Positions 25,053 to 39,856 are shown, counted from the first letter of the stretch. The stretch is 64,000 nt of DNA from Octopus sinensis (GCF_006345805.1 NC_043002.1:100006001-100070000); one strand, 5' to 3'. Notes: generated from the letters alone by a model not told the origin. Program-made: numbers and translations.

Positions 25053-27727
25053 GTGAGTCGATCAAGCTTATCTGTAGAGAAAAAAAAAAGACAAGAAACA
25101 AGAAATAAAACAAAGCAAACTTTTTCAAAAAAATACTAACAATATTGATTTAATTGATATAATTTTCTTTTATTAAATTTTGCTTGCTTTTATTTTTGAA
25201 TTGTTATTTTTTTTCATTTTCAGTATTATAATTTTAATGTAATAAATTTGTACCTAAATATTATATTCGTAAACAATTTAATTGCCAACTCTGTAAAAGC
25301 GCATTGGCTGGTGAAGCAGTAGCACCTCCTGTTAGATTTACGTTTAGTTTCTTCGGAGTTCAAATCTTGTGCCAGCAATTTCTTTTTCTTTTTTATTTTT
25401 TTTTGTTTTGTTCAGTATTATATGTCTTTGGGTTATATCTTTCAAACTGCTAGCAATATTCTCAATTGATTTCTATCGTTTCAACAGATACCGTCCCTAA
25501 CTTTTAATAAAAAAAAACAAACAAATCACATGAATAATTATTACATACTAAGTTATAATCGATTGATGTATAAAAGCGTAAGCTAGAATCCGAGTTAACA
25601 AAATAGTTTTCCATTCCTACTTGGAACCAATTTTGTTTATGTTCGCAACCGGGGAAGTATAAATATCACACGTCAACTTCTTTACTTTTTATTTTATCTT
25701 TTAGGATATGCATATATTAGCGCAAGTACTGTATAATAACCGTTATATAGCTAAGACCCTGAGGCAAAAGGAACGCCTGACTGTCAGCGCTTTTCATTTT
25801 CACTATTTTTTCTTGAATATTATACAAAAGAAATATTTGCCCCAGCATGGCCGCGGCCTTCGGGCTAAAACATATTTAAGGATTATAGAACTATAGCATA
25901 TTTAAATAACAAAAAGAAAACCTAAAAGTCACACGTCCTCTCTCTCTCTCTCCTGTATATATATAAAAATTTTTGAAATAAGATATTACGGTTGAAATAC
26001 TATCGTTTGTTTGGGTATTGAAACTTTGATACTACATTTAAATTACATTCAAATCTATCAGAATTTTGTTTTCATCGTTACATATAATGCCAAGCATCTT
26101 TAGTTATTATGTTGTATATTTATAAAGCCGTAATGCATAGTTGTCAACATTTGTATAGTGTTGTGGTTTGTTTACGCGTGATTTCCCATTATTGAAGTCA
26201 GGCCACATGTGTTCACATCAGTAGCTTCTTTTACATCCATATATCGATAGCTAAGCAACTTACATTGTATAGGACTGTAACAGTCATATTACATTTAAAC
26301 ATAGTATACCTGGATGTTAAATACTATCGATGAGAGAACCTTTTACTAAATAGTTCAACTGCTAGACATAACAACCAAATGTTCAGAAACCTCTCTCAGC
26401 CAACTATATATCAACTTGTGAACAGGAAGGATACGTTCGATAACATAGCATTGCATATTGCTAAAAAGGAAGACAGAATGGTTATGGCTGCAATGCTTTT
26501 GTTATTTAACCCTAGGTCGATGTGTTCGATGAAGGGTGACCAGGGTCTAAACAACAAATGATGATATATTTCGTCTGCCTCACCCACAATACAATCTTAT
26601 GTCATTCTATTAACATGACACGCCGCACATGTTTACACATAGTTATGTAACATGAACTTAACACATGGTTATACACCGCGCACATGCTAATCTCCATACA
26701 AAGGCAAATTGCACACGTTCTTATTTCATTATTTCTCTCTTTTGTTTATGCACCCAAAACATGTTATACATTCGAAACCTCCTCATATCTCGTAAGCAAC
26801 ATGAATTTCCATTTCCAATGGTCCTCTCCAAAGTGCAGGCTTGGACGAAGACTTTCATTGATGAACAGTAGCTGCTGCTTATACATGTACACCTCCTGTC
26901 TAAAAACAACCGTTGTCATCCAAGGGACATACAGCTTGAAACAAGTGTCATTCCAGGCGTTCCGTAGAAAGCAAAGTGCTGGAACTGATACCGTAAACTA
27001 TATCGTCCGGAGCTCTGAGAGTTCAGTTTGTCTTTCTTTCTCACTTCCGAGAGGATGAAAGGCAAAGTTGACGCGGGCATTCTTTAAACGCATACAGCCG
27101 AAACAAATAATGCCATGTACTCTATCTTTCGCTCAAATGACTTTGACAGTTCCTTTTACACACTCAGATGCATACAAATGGTACAGTCTGTAAACGTAGC
27201 AGGAAGGTAGTGTTCAATACATACTATAGAGTAAAGGTGAGGAACTTTTTTATGCTGGAAAGTCAAACTGAAGTTGTCTCCTAACAAGACCGCATCTCAA
27301 ACGCATTTTATACCGCTGAACACAATATTGAATAAAATATAACTATTCCCACAGCATTTTTTTTTTTAATGTAGATTCGGAATAACTAACCCCAATGTAC
27401 TTTTTTTGTTAATGCACCTTTTCATTTTTCCGGAAATTTCTCGGGATTTCTAAGTTTAAACACTATTGTAAGTAGTTTAAAAGTAATTACAATTGAAGAT
27501 AAAAGTCTATAATATTCTCAGTGAGTAGAAACGAGAGGTCTTAAAACAAAATTACCAAACGTAAATTCCTGGAGACTGGAGAATGATTTTCATTCGACTT
27601 TTGTACTTCTTTTACAAGTTCACATTTAGTACCTCAAACTATCAAGTGGTACTTGCGGCCTTAAGGCACCGAATTCTCTGCGCATGGTGTAAAGTTTATT
27701 CATATATCTATTGTTACAGTACAGTTC

Positions 27728-27781
<54 letters not shown>

Positions 27782-27882
27782 TATATGGTATATATATATG
27801 TATGTTATATAATATGTATGTATATATATATGTATGTTATATATATATATGTATATATATATGTATGTTATATATATATATG

Positions 27883-27914
<32 letters not shown>

Positions 27915-30040
27915 TATGTATGTATATATATGTATATATATATATATGTATATATATATATGTATATATATTATATGTATATATATATATATGTAATATA
28001 TATATATAATGTATATATATATATGTTATATATATATGTATATATATAATGTATATATATATATGTATATATAATATGTGATATATATATGTATATATAT
28101 ATTATGTATATATATATGTGTATATATATATATGTATATATATTATGTATATATGTATATATATATATGTATATATTATATATGTATATATATTATGTGT
28201 ATATATATTATGTATATATATATATGTATATATATATTATATATAATATATGTATATATATATATGTGTAGATATATATATATGTATATATATATATGTA
28301 TATTATATGTATATGTATATATATAATGTATATATATGTATATATATATATGTATATATATATGTATATTATATATAATGTATATATATATATATCTATG
28401 TATATATGTATATATATATGTATATATATATATGTATATATATATATATGTATATAATATATGTGTATATATATATGTGTATATATATATGTGTTATATA
28501 TATATGTGTTATATATATATGTGTATATATATATATGTGTATATATATATATGTGTATATATATATATATGTATATGTATATATGTATATTGTATATATA
28601 TATTGTATTATATATATGTGTATATATATATATGTATATATATATATGTATTGTATATATGTATATATATATATGTATATATATATGTATATAATATATG
28701 TATATATATATATGTATATATATATATGTATATATATATATGTATATATATATGTATATATATATGTATATATATATATGTATATATATATAATGATATA
28801 TATATATATTATGTATATATATATATGTATATATATATATGTATATATATATATGTAATATATATATATGTATATATATATATGTATATATATATATGTA
28901 TATATATATATGTATATATATATATATGTAATATATATATGTATATATATAATATGTATATATATATGTATATTATATATATGTATATATATATATGTAT
29001 GATATAATATATATGTATTATATATATGTGTATATATATATATGTATATATATATATGTATATATATATATATTATATGTTATATATATATGTGTATATA
29101 TAATGTGTATATATATATAGTGTATATATATATGTATATATATATATATATATATGTATAATATATGTATATATGTATATATAATAGTATATATATAATG
29201 TATATATATATATATGTATATATGTATATATATATATGTATATTATATATGTTATATATATATATATGTATATATATATATGGTATATATATATGTGTAT
29301 ATATATATGTATATATATATATGTGTATATATATATATATGTATAGATATATATATGTATATATATAATGTATATATATTGTATATATAATGTATATGTA
29401 TATATATTGTATATATATGTATATGTATATATGTATATATTATATATATATGTATATATATATGTATATATGTATATATATATGATATATATATATATGT
29501 ATATATATATGTATATATATATATATATATATAGTATATATATGTATATATATATATGTATATATATTATATATTATATGTATATATATATATGTATGTA
29601 TATATATATATGTATATATATATATTGTATTATATATATGTATATATATATATGTATATATATATATGTAGTATATATATATATGTATAATATATATATA
29701 TGTATATATATATATATGTATATATTATATGTTATATATATATATGTTATATATATGTATATGTATATATGTATATATATATGTATATATGTATATGTAT
29801 ATATTATATGTATATATAGTATATGTATATATATATATGTGTATTATATATATGTATATAATATGTATATATATATGTATATTATATATATGTGTATATA
29901 ATATGTAATATATTATGTATATATATATATGTAATATATATATATATATATATATGTTATATGTATATGTTATATGTATAGTATATATGTATATATATAT
30001 AATGTATATATATATATATGTATATATGTATATATATATG

Positions 30041-30089
<49 letters not shown>

Positions 30090-30121
30090 GTATATATATA
30101 TGTATATATATATATTATATG

Positions 30122-30152
<31 letters not shown>

Positions 30153-30161
30153 GTATATATG

Positions 30162-30192
<31 letters not shown>

Positions 30193-30707
30193 GTATATAT
30201 GTATATATGTATATATGTATATTATATATGTATATAATATATGTATATATATATATGTATAGATATATGTATAGTATATATATGTATATATATATATATG
30301 TATATATATATATGTATATATATATATGTATATATATGTATATATTATATATGTATATATATTGTATATATATGTATATATAATAGTATATATATATATG
30401 TAATATATATATATGTATATATATATGTATAGTATATGTATATATATATGTATATATGTTATATATATGTATATATATATATATGTATATATATGTATGT
30501 ATTATATATGTATGTATATATGTATGTATATATATATGTATGTATATATATATGTATATATATATGTATATAGTATGTATATATATGTATAATATATATG
30601 TAATATATATATATATATATATGTATAATATATATATGTATATATATATATATGTATATATATATATGTATATATATATGATATATATAATATGTATATA
30701 TATATAT

Positions 30708-30756
<49 letters not shown>

Positions 30757-31435
30757 GTATATATATATATGTGTATATATATATATGTATATATATATAT
30801 ATGTATATATGTATATATATATTATATATATGTATATAATATATGTATATATATATATGTATATATATATATGTGTATATATATGTATATATATTATGTA
30901 TATATATATGTATATATATATATAGTGTATATATATATGTGTATATATATATATGTTATATATATATGTATATATATTATATGTATATATATATATATGT
31001 ATATATGTATATGTTATATATATATATGTATATATGTATATATATATATAATGTATATGTATATATGTATATATGTATATATATATGTATATATATATAT
31101 GTATATATATATATTGTATATATATATATGTATATATGATATATATGTATATATATATGTATATATATAATATGTATATATATATATATGTATTGTATAT
31201 ATATGTATATGTATATATATATATATGTATATATGTATATATATGTATAGTATATATATATGTATATATGTATATATATATATGTATATATATATGTATA
31301 TATATGTATTGTATATATATATTGTATATATATATATGTATATATATATATATGTATAATATATATATATTATATATAATATATGTATATATATGTATAT
31401 ATATATATATGTATATATTATATGTTATATATATG

Positions 31436-31466
<31 letters not shown>

Positions 31467-31571
31467 GTGTATATATATATATGTGTATATTATATGTATA
31501 TGTATATATATATGTGTATATATATATGTATATATATGTATATAATATATATATATATATATGTATATACA

Positions 31572-31626
<55 letters not shown>
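27728..31626. repeat. About 3.9 kb degenerate (TA)nTG microsatellite/minisatellite array
   Basis: Almost exclusively TA dinucleotides punctuated by TG; occasional TT/AA phase slips; C nearly absent on the + strand. Confidence 0.97.
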
Positions 31627-31628
<2 letters not shown>

Positions 31629-32444
31629 GAGAATGATACACAGGGAGGAAGAAAATATAATTTTGTCAACTGAAATTATATTTATTGCATTTAATTCTAT
31701 TTGAGTTAGCAAGCCGTGCTCTAAAGAACCTACTGTTATTTTTATATTTTAACTTTTATTAACCTTGTTACCTTAAAGCTCGATTTAGCAACTCTGCAAA
31801 ACACTATGAGTTCAGTCGCCGATAGGGGTTTTAATTCAGGGTACTCTCGCATTGCACGTTTTATGCTTTATGAATTCATTCGTGAAGGGAACTAACACTA
31901 ATATACGTACATTTATGAAGTCTTAATTCAGAGCATTAATTCCTAACCTTTCCATTGTTTTGGCTTTGATTTTGTACGCAACAATTTAGAACATTCGAAG
32001 AATACCTTGCTGTAGATTGTGCATAAAGTATTTAAAAAGCCTATAGAAGGCGCTATTTATTTTAGCCTTTTAAGCATAAATACTTTAACATATACGATAT
32101 CATTTCATTTAGTAACTCAAACTATCAAGGTTTTATAGTTTAAATGTCAATTTCATTTTCTTCAGTTTCATAAGAATATATATTTTATATATTTTTGTGG
32201 AGGACAAAGATTCAAACCCCATACACCAACCACTGTGCCATAGTGTTGTTTGATAACAACTGCCTTAAACTCTGAGGCACTATCACATTAATCAGCTGTC
32301 TCTTCCTCTTTAAATTTCCACCACCACCACACATACCTTTTCGTTTCTCTCAATAGTTGCGGCTCTTCGTGGAGAACATCCGCACTTTTGGGCTAACATA
32401 AACATAAATATTATCAATAATAATAATACTTTTGTTCGCTCTCC

Positions 32445-32494
<50 letters not shown>

Positions 32495-34877
32495 CTTCTC
32501 TTGTCAAATAGAAACATTCATTAAAAGAAAAGTAAAAACAAAAAGAAAAACGAAAGCGACATTTATGCAGTCATTTGCTCCGCTAGAAATAGCAGCTATG
32601 TTTTCACAGAAATACGCACAACCGTTATAAAAAAAAAAATTCAAGTGATCACCTGCAAGCATCCTCGTCAGCTGGTTTCACTTTCAATACCTCCTGTTTT
32701 TCAATATGAAAAAAATATTACCCTCACGAGCAAACTAAGGTGACTTTTACACTGTTACTATTTCATTTGGTATGTAAATATATATAGTCAAATAGTCAAA
32801 TCTCCTTCCAAACACTTGCTAGTGAATGAGACTCAAACGACACAGTATATATTGCACACATGCTTTAATAAAGTCAGGAAGGTCATGGATACAATATCTA
32901 TGATCATAGGTCTGTTTACCCCGAGCTGATCTGGGGTCTAACCAACAGTAAGTACTTCATCAAAAATAAGCACGATGCAACTTATTCTAAATATTCAACT
33001 ATATCATTTTACGTGATAAACTACAGAGGTTTAATTACTATTGGAGGCTTTTAAGTTAACTTTTATTTGCTACCAATTATTCAGAACGAGAAGGGCATCA
33101 CCTATGAAGTACCTTTTACATACTTCCAGGGCCTTCAGAATTCGTGGACAGAATAGGCGAGAAGTTATGTGAATTACTTGCAATAGACCTACACACCCCT
33201 TCCCCCAAACCGTGCACTGGTGCAAAACCTGGCAACGGATGTCCTTAATTATCAAATAACAGGAAGCGCTCTACTTAACCACAGAACTTGCTAGAAATAG
33301 CATCCAGTTCTTCATTGTTTTCAAATAGAGTACGAATGGTTATTTTGTTTCAAGTATTTTTCATAGAGTATAACATTGCTGGCTGCATTTTGTTTTGTGT
33401 GCACTCGTTCGGTGAAAATGTCCACTTCAAATGAGGTCCCTCGTTGTATTTGTTCTGCTCCGTGGTGCTGATACTTCGTTTTCGCTCTCACTGTCAAAAT
33501 GCAGAGTGAATCAGTGGTTGGCCCGTTGGAAATATGTAACTAACGACAATGTTTTCCAGAAACTGCGGTATTAAATAATTAAATATCAAAACTAATAAAT
33601 AAATAGCAAAAATAGCAATTACGACTTCATTCATACAGCTCACATTAATTTGTATTCAAATATCTTTATATATATATATATATATATTATTATTATTATT
33701 ACTATTTTGATCTATTTTGGTACTGTGTAAGTTTGATTTTTTTTTTCTTTCGAGCAACGTACTTGTATTAAATTTTGTTTGTCATGTATAGTTGTAGCAG
33801 TTATTGGTGCCTGTAAGTGACATGACCTTATGTATATTACCTTCACATTATATTATATTAAAGCGTTGGTTATCTGTTTACTACAAATTCAGTCAGGTGA
33901 CAATTTGTTCTTTCATGCTATGGAGATTCACATAATTGTCTGTCTTCTTAATACTTGCAATAATTCCATCCTTTAATACCTGCGTTTCATTCAGAGGATG
34001 CAGTATCTAGCCTCTCACTACATTTCTTATTCTTTCTAGCATCTTTGTTCTCTCATTTTCAGTCTCTCTGTCTTCTCTGTAGAGGAATAGAATAAATCAT
34101 ATATAGGAATATTATATTTCTATATTTGTTAACAGTAAAGCTACAGAAATAAATAAATGTCAACGTTCTTTTTATATCCCCCGTTCATACCATCAAACGT
34201 ATTACACACACACATTCACATACTTCGCTGTGCAGGCGCGTCCGTATGTGTGTGTGTGTTCTTTCGTAAGCATGTTTTACGGAGCTAATCCTGTTTCGAT
34301 TCTCAGAGAAATGAAACGGAATTAATTCCGCAAAACTCACCTAATAAAAACATTTCTTTCACTCAGCTTCCTCAAGTCACATTGGGTACTTTGTTTTGTA
34401 CCCGAAACCTTCCTTTTCCAGAAATATAAGGGCATGTGCGTGTGTGTATGCGCATGCATGTAACACACACATACACACACACACACACATGTATGTATGT
34501 ATGTATGTATGTATGTAACCTACAGCCGTCACTCACAAGCAAGTATGAAATATGATTCGACATGAGCAGCCACGCTTTCTCTAATTGCTTTCGGTTATTA
34601 TGCATGCAGTAGACAGCAGATATAGGCATCTTCTCAGCCTCTCCAAACTTAACCTAGCGGAGCATCCAGACTGCAAAAGCTGAATGGAAAGAAGCGAGAA
34701 CACTTGGCTGGTAATCATTTCTGCTATGTAGTCCACAGCAACATGAAAACGACGTGCTATGCTGAAGAGTATGAAATAATGCCGGGTCTACAAGTCGAAC
34801 GTACATCCTTATAATCACGAGCATAACACACTAATTTCTATGCTATGTACGTAAACACACATACACACACACGCATG

Positions 34878-34914
<37 letters not shown>

Positions 34915-35960
34915 GTACGTATGGCTATTTTCAACGTCTCTCAGTACGCTGTAATGTTTGGTAGAAAGTGATAGTGTGACGAAGGTCAAGACTGCCTTAT
35001 CTTAGTTTAACATCACATCAGGTTTAATCTATCAAACCTACATTATCAGAGATATTCCAGTCATGACCATCCCAGCTGTTTTTCAACAAACACTGTAGTC
35101 AGTATATTTTTCTTTTTTAAAAAGTTAAGCAATACTGTCTCTGATAGAATTGGTGACTTATTAAAAGCCCTTTCGTTGGCTTGTTAATTCTTCATTTCAG
35201 TTAATGGTCCATCTCTGTTCCTATTTCACAGTCAGCAGAGCTCCCGGAAGTATGCCTTCCAGTATTTAAATATATAGCTTTCTATACTCAAAATTTCATT
35301 TTGTGATTTTTATTCTTTCGGTGTCGATGAATAAAATCTCAGTAATGTACTGGGGTATATTTGCTCGCATCCTTACTATACCTAAATATGACGTTGAACT
35401 TCTGGAGGGATTTAAGTTGCCAAAGCAAAATAGAATAAAATGATTTCAAGAAAGCGATAAAAAGTATGGTGCTGCACAGAACAGATGGCAGCCCAGATTT
35501 CGGCGGACAGATAAGAGGCACATCAAGAGTGAAACTAGAATTAATACTAAAGATGTTATGTTAGAAATCCGTCTAATTATTGTAAAAGGCTGCGATAAAT
35601 ACTGGGGAGGATTTCGAATCCTGCCACAACTATAACGGAGGGTCAATAAAGTAAAAACATCGATTGACTTCCTTATGCAATTCGAGTGATTTTTGTGTTC
35701 TAGAAACACTTACAATCATTTAAAATACGATAAATATTAGAATTGATAGAGTATCACACAAAATACCTTTCGGTATTGAGACACACCTGCGGTTTTCTCG
35801 GGTAGAAAACTATCGAAATCTACTTTCTTTCTCTATCCGGGGTGCATAAAACATAACCCTGTTCAAGTACTGAAGTTGAAAGAATTGTCGAACGCCCTTC
35901 GTTCAAAAATATCTGGCTTTGTATCTAAATCAGTAACAATTATTATTATTATTATTATTA

Positions 35961-35997
<37 letters not shown>

Positions 35998-35999
<2 letters not shown>

Positions 36000-36482
36000 G
36001 GCGACCAGCTGGCAGAGCTGTTAGCAGGGCAGACGAAATTTTCAACGGTATCTCATCCGTCTTTCGTTCTGAGTTCAAATTCCGCCGCACTTGACTTTGC
36101 CTTTCATCATTTTAGAGTTGATAAATTAAATACCAGTGAAATACTGGGGTTGATGTAATCAAACTATCCCCCCCCCCACACACACACACAATTTCAGTCC
36201 TTGTGCCTTTAATAGAAAGTATTATCATTATTATCAAGGCGGCGACCTGACTGAATCTTTAGCATGACGGGCGAAATTTTTAACAGCATTTCGTCCAACT
36301 TCTCGTTCTGAGTTCAAATTCCGCCGAGGTCGACTTTGCCTTTCATCCTTTCGGAGTTGATAAATTAAGTACCAGTTGCGTACTGGGGTCGATCTAATCG
36401 ACAGGCCACCTCCCTCCACATTTCAGGCCTTGTGCCTATAGTAGAAAGGGCTATTATTATTATTATTCTTATTATCATTATT

Positions 36483-36525
<43 letters not shown>

Positions 36526-38700
36526 TTATCATTATGATTATTAAGGCGGGCTGGCAGAATTGTTAACACGATCAAATTCCTTAGCATTTTATCTGTAGTT
36601 ATAAGTTCTGAGTTCAAATTCTGCCGACGCCGACTTTGCCTTTCATCCTTTCGAGTCGATAAAATAATTAATTACCAGTGAAACACTGGGGTTGATGTAA
36701 TCGGCTAGTCCTCTCCCCCACAAAATTTGAGGCCTTGTGCCTCCAGTAGAAAGGATTATTATTATTACTATTATTATTATAGAATATTTAGCACACCCTA
36801 CAAAAAGCGTAGCGGCATTTCGTCCGTTTAAATGTTTTATGTTCAAATTCCGCTGAGATCGACCTTGCTCATCATCCACCTGGGTTCGATAAAATAAGTA
36901 CCAGTTGAACACTGGAGTCGAAATAATCGACTTACTGCCATCTCCAAACTTACTGGCCCCATGCCAAAATGTGAATCCATTATTATTCTTATGAAAGGAA
37001 GAACTTGACGAATCGTTAGCACCATAGTAAAAATGCTAAGTGGCAGTTCGTCTGTCCTCGCATTCTGAGTACTAATTGTAAGGCCGATATTGTGAGCATC
37101 TTACCTACAGTGACAAGGAGCGAAATTCTTCAATGGTTGTCACAGGACTACCATTTTTTCTTTTCTCTTGTAGAGATGGAACACGATAGTATCCTTGGGC
37201 TCCTGAGGAATAATGGTCTAAAAGAGATTGGTGAGATTCTGGGCCACGAGTGGTCTGATTGCTTGTATATTTCAGCTGGGAAAAAGTCAGAGCCTAATGA
37301 AGCTTAATTACCTTCTGAGTTACTGCTTCCTTTGGAGGCTCTGCAAGAAATGAGTTGATGTCAACTTGGGGACGTGAGTGATGATCTCAGTATTGATAGA
37401 GGAAAACATGTTCAAGACACTGTTGAATTGCTCTTCCAACCTTTCAAAGATTGAATTTTTCCTCACTGTCACTACTTAGAAGACTTATGTCAAGTGCCAA
37501 CCTGCCCTGCAGAAGCCATTGTAAAACCAGCTATCACTGTCGAAGAAGAAACCCTAAAGACTGATGATGAGTTCATGTATCTCTGCAACACGATCTCCAG
37601 GTCTGTGAATATTAAAGATTAGGACGACATTCGAATCGCCAAGAGAAGCTCATCATTCATACGGTTATGTGATTCACTGTGAGGAAGGATCGATATTAGG
37701 CTATCTATCAAGTTGAAGATGCACCAAGCAGTTGTACCGTCTTCTCTACATTACGCCTGTGACACACGGACGGTTTATGAAAGCCTTGGTGAAAAACTGA
37801 ACTGCTTCTTTATGTACTACAGAGACAGCTGTTGCAAATTTACTTGCAAGACAATGTCCCCATCACAGATATCTTCTCTCGAGTCGAACTGTAAAGCATC
37901 TATACACTGCTGAAGAGAGGGCAAGTGAGGGTGGCAGGACACCTTGTCCGAATGCCCAACACACGCATCTCCTAGAGACTGTACTGGAGTAAACTGGTGG
38001 AAGGCATGTGCATGTAACGTGAAGACAAAATGCGGTTGAATTACGACACGGTCAAAGCCTCATTGAAGAAATTTGAGATCAACCCAGACACATGGGGAAA
38101 CAACCCAAGAACCGCTCTGCCTTGCGAAGCGGTACCAGCAGAGGATCCACTTTCTACGAACAGAATTCAAAGATAATGCCAACTGTTCAAGTGTAAAGTC
38201 AACTGTCTATCGCCAAGGCAAAGATGTGCATGACCTGCAATAGCGCCTTCCGATCAAGCATCAGTCTGATCAACCACAGCCGGATACACCTTGCTTCATC
38301 TTTGTTTCCAATGTGATGTTCTTGGTCACTGCCGACCGACGAATGAACGTTCTGAGTTCAAATGCCGCCGAGGTCTACTTGACACGTTCTCCTTTCGGAG
38401 TCGATGAAGTAAGTACCAGTGCGCACTGGGATATATGTAACTGCCTAGCCACTTCGACCCCAATTTCAGGCCTTGTGCCTACAAAAGGATTATTATTATT
38501 ATTATTATTATTAAAGCAATGAACTAGCAGAATCGTTGGAATGCCAAATAAAATGAACTCGGGTATTTCTTCTGTGTTTTGAGCTGAGTTCTAGGTAGGG
38601 TCTAATTTGCTTTTCATTCCTTGTTAATGTACTACTCAAGAACTACAATTTATAGAATTTAGTAAACCTTTTCCCTTCAAAATTTCTGGTTCTTTATCCC
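35998..38700 (+). mobile_element. Head-to-tail array of at least six SINE-A copies with (ATT)n tails
   Basis: Units begin near 35998, 36236, 36543, 36781, 36993 (split by the RTE, resuming at 38350) and 38514; each follows an (ATT)n run. Confidence 0.85.
37071..38349 (+). mobile_element. RTE (BovB-like) LINE fragment with inverted 5' segment
   Basis: Forward about 37405-38349: PAITVEEETLKTDDEFMYLCNTISRSVNIKD*DDIRIAKRSSSFIRL, AGHLVRMP, C2H2 CMTCNSAFRSSISLINHSRIH. Minus 37403-37071: AEIYKQ, IPQEPKDTIVFHLYKRK, SCDNH*RISLLVTVGKML. ttctgagt at 37063-37070 and 38350-38357. Confidence 0.9.
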
Positions 38701-39803
38701 CTAAAGATGAAGGGCAAAAGCAATTTTTCGACTTTCTAACGATTCTGTCAAATCCCCAAAGAATTCTATACGTAATGTTTCGTATTAATTACGTTCGCAG
38801 ACTCATAATGGTATCAACTAATGCTAATTTCTCATCACAGAAGTGTTAAAGACAAATACGAACTTGGAAGGATTTCAAATGAGTATCATTGAAAGAAAAA
38901 GCATTTGTTAATCATATCTGTGATTTTACGGATTTTCCTAAGCTATTACTAATACAAATCTGAGGCTCAAATTCAAGATAGCTTATAATGTTGTCTGTTC
39001 ACGTTTGCTCGACTTACGAGTACTTGCAATAGACGCCAGATCTTTATCTCACAATACAGTGTTAAGAACCAAAGGACACCATATAAGGTTATCTTTAACC
39101 TTAAGAATGTTTATGCCCATGGCAAATCTACACACAAAAACAAGATCAGCTGATTCACTATAGTCTCTTACGCAGTTTCTGTCACATAAAGGGTTTGATT
39201 CACCCGATGATATGCCAGAACACATATGCTGAAGGTATGGCGAAACTGATTCTAAAAAGACGTTGGCGGGAAAGTATTTGATCATAGATTTGTGAGACTA
39301 GATTTGTTAAATTAGATTTGTTCAGGATCTAGACATCAAGAATACGAACAACAAATTGATTTCCAACATCACAATTAATGGAATTTCTCTCCCTGCCACT
39401 TCATTAACTCATTCTTATTCAGTTTGCTTTCGTTTATAGAGTTCGTCTATCATTTATTTGTGTTATTTGTGTACTTGTATTCATTGTTTGACATTAAATG
39501 CCTTATAATAATACACTGTAATTGGTGGCTAATACTCAAGAGAAAGAATATAATTCCCAGCTACTAGTCATTGAACAGAGGAATAAAATGTCAGAGTGAC
39601 AGAATAATTGAAAATTATATACATTACAGATATACAAAGAGAGAGAGAGAGAGAGAAGGGAGTATATACACGCAAAAGCTTGAAGACACAGACGCATACC
39701 AACATATAATACCGGAGATATATGCGAAGGAAGAAGCTTCTGCGCGATAATTTTCCTTGCCAGATTAACAGCCAAATCCTATATCGCCATCATATATGTA
39801 TAT

Positions 39804-39856
<53 letters not shown>

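Noticed and set aside
27583-31712. Many long ORFs (up to 379 aa) rich in Y/I/M/C/V/H/T, also at 8.9-10.6, 18.9-19.5 and 50.5-51.2 kb
   Set aside because: Translations of (TA)n/(TG)n repeats that lack in-frame stops; not genes.
35998-37070. Regularly spaced repeats resembling a CRISPR-like array
   Set aside because: Units are about 200-bp diverged SINEs separated by (ATT)n; no unique spacers, no cas genes, eukaryotic context.
38800-39300. Possible CR1/L2 3' end (TKGHHIRL resembling TRGH)
   Set aside because: Single weak motif; downstream motifs not recoverable.
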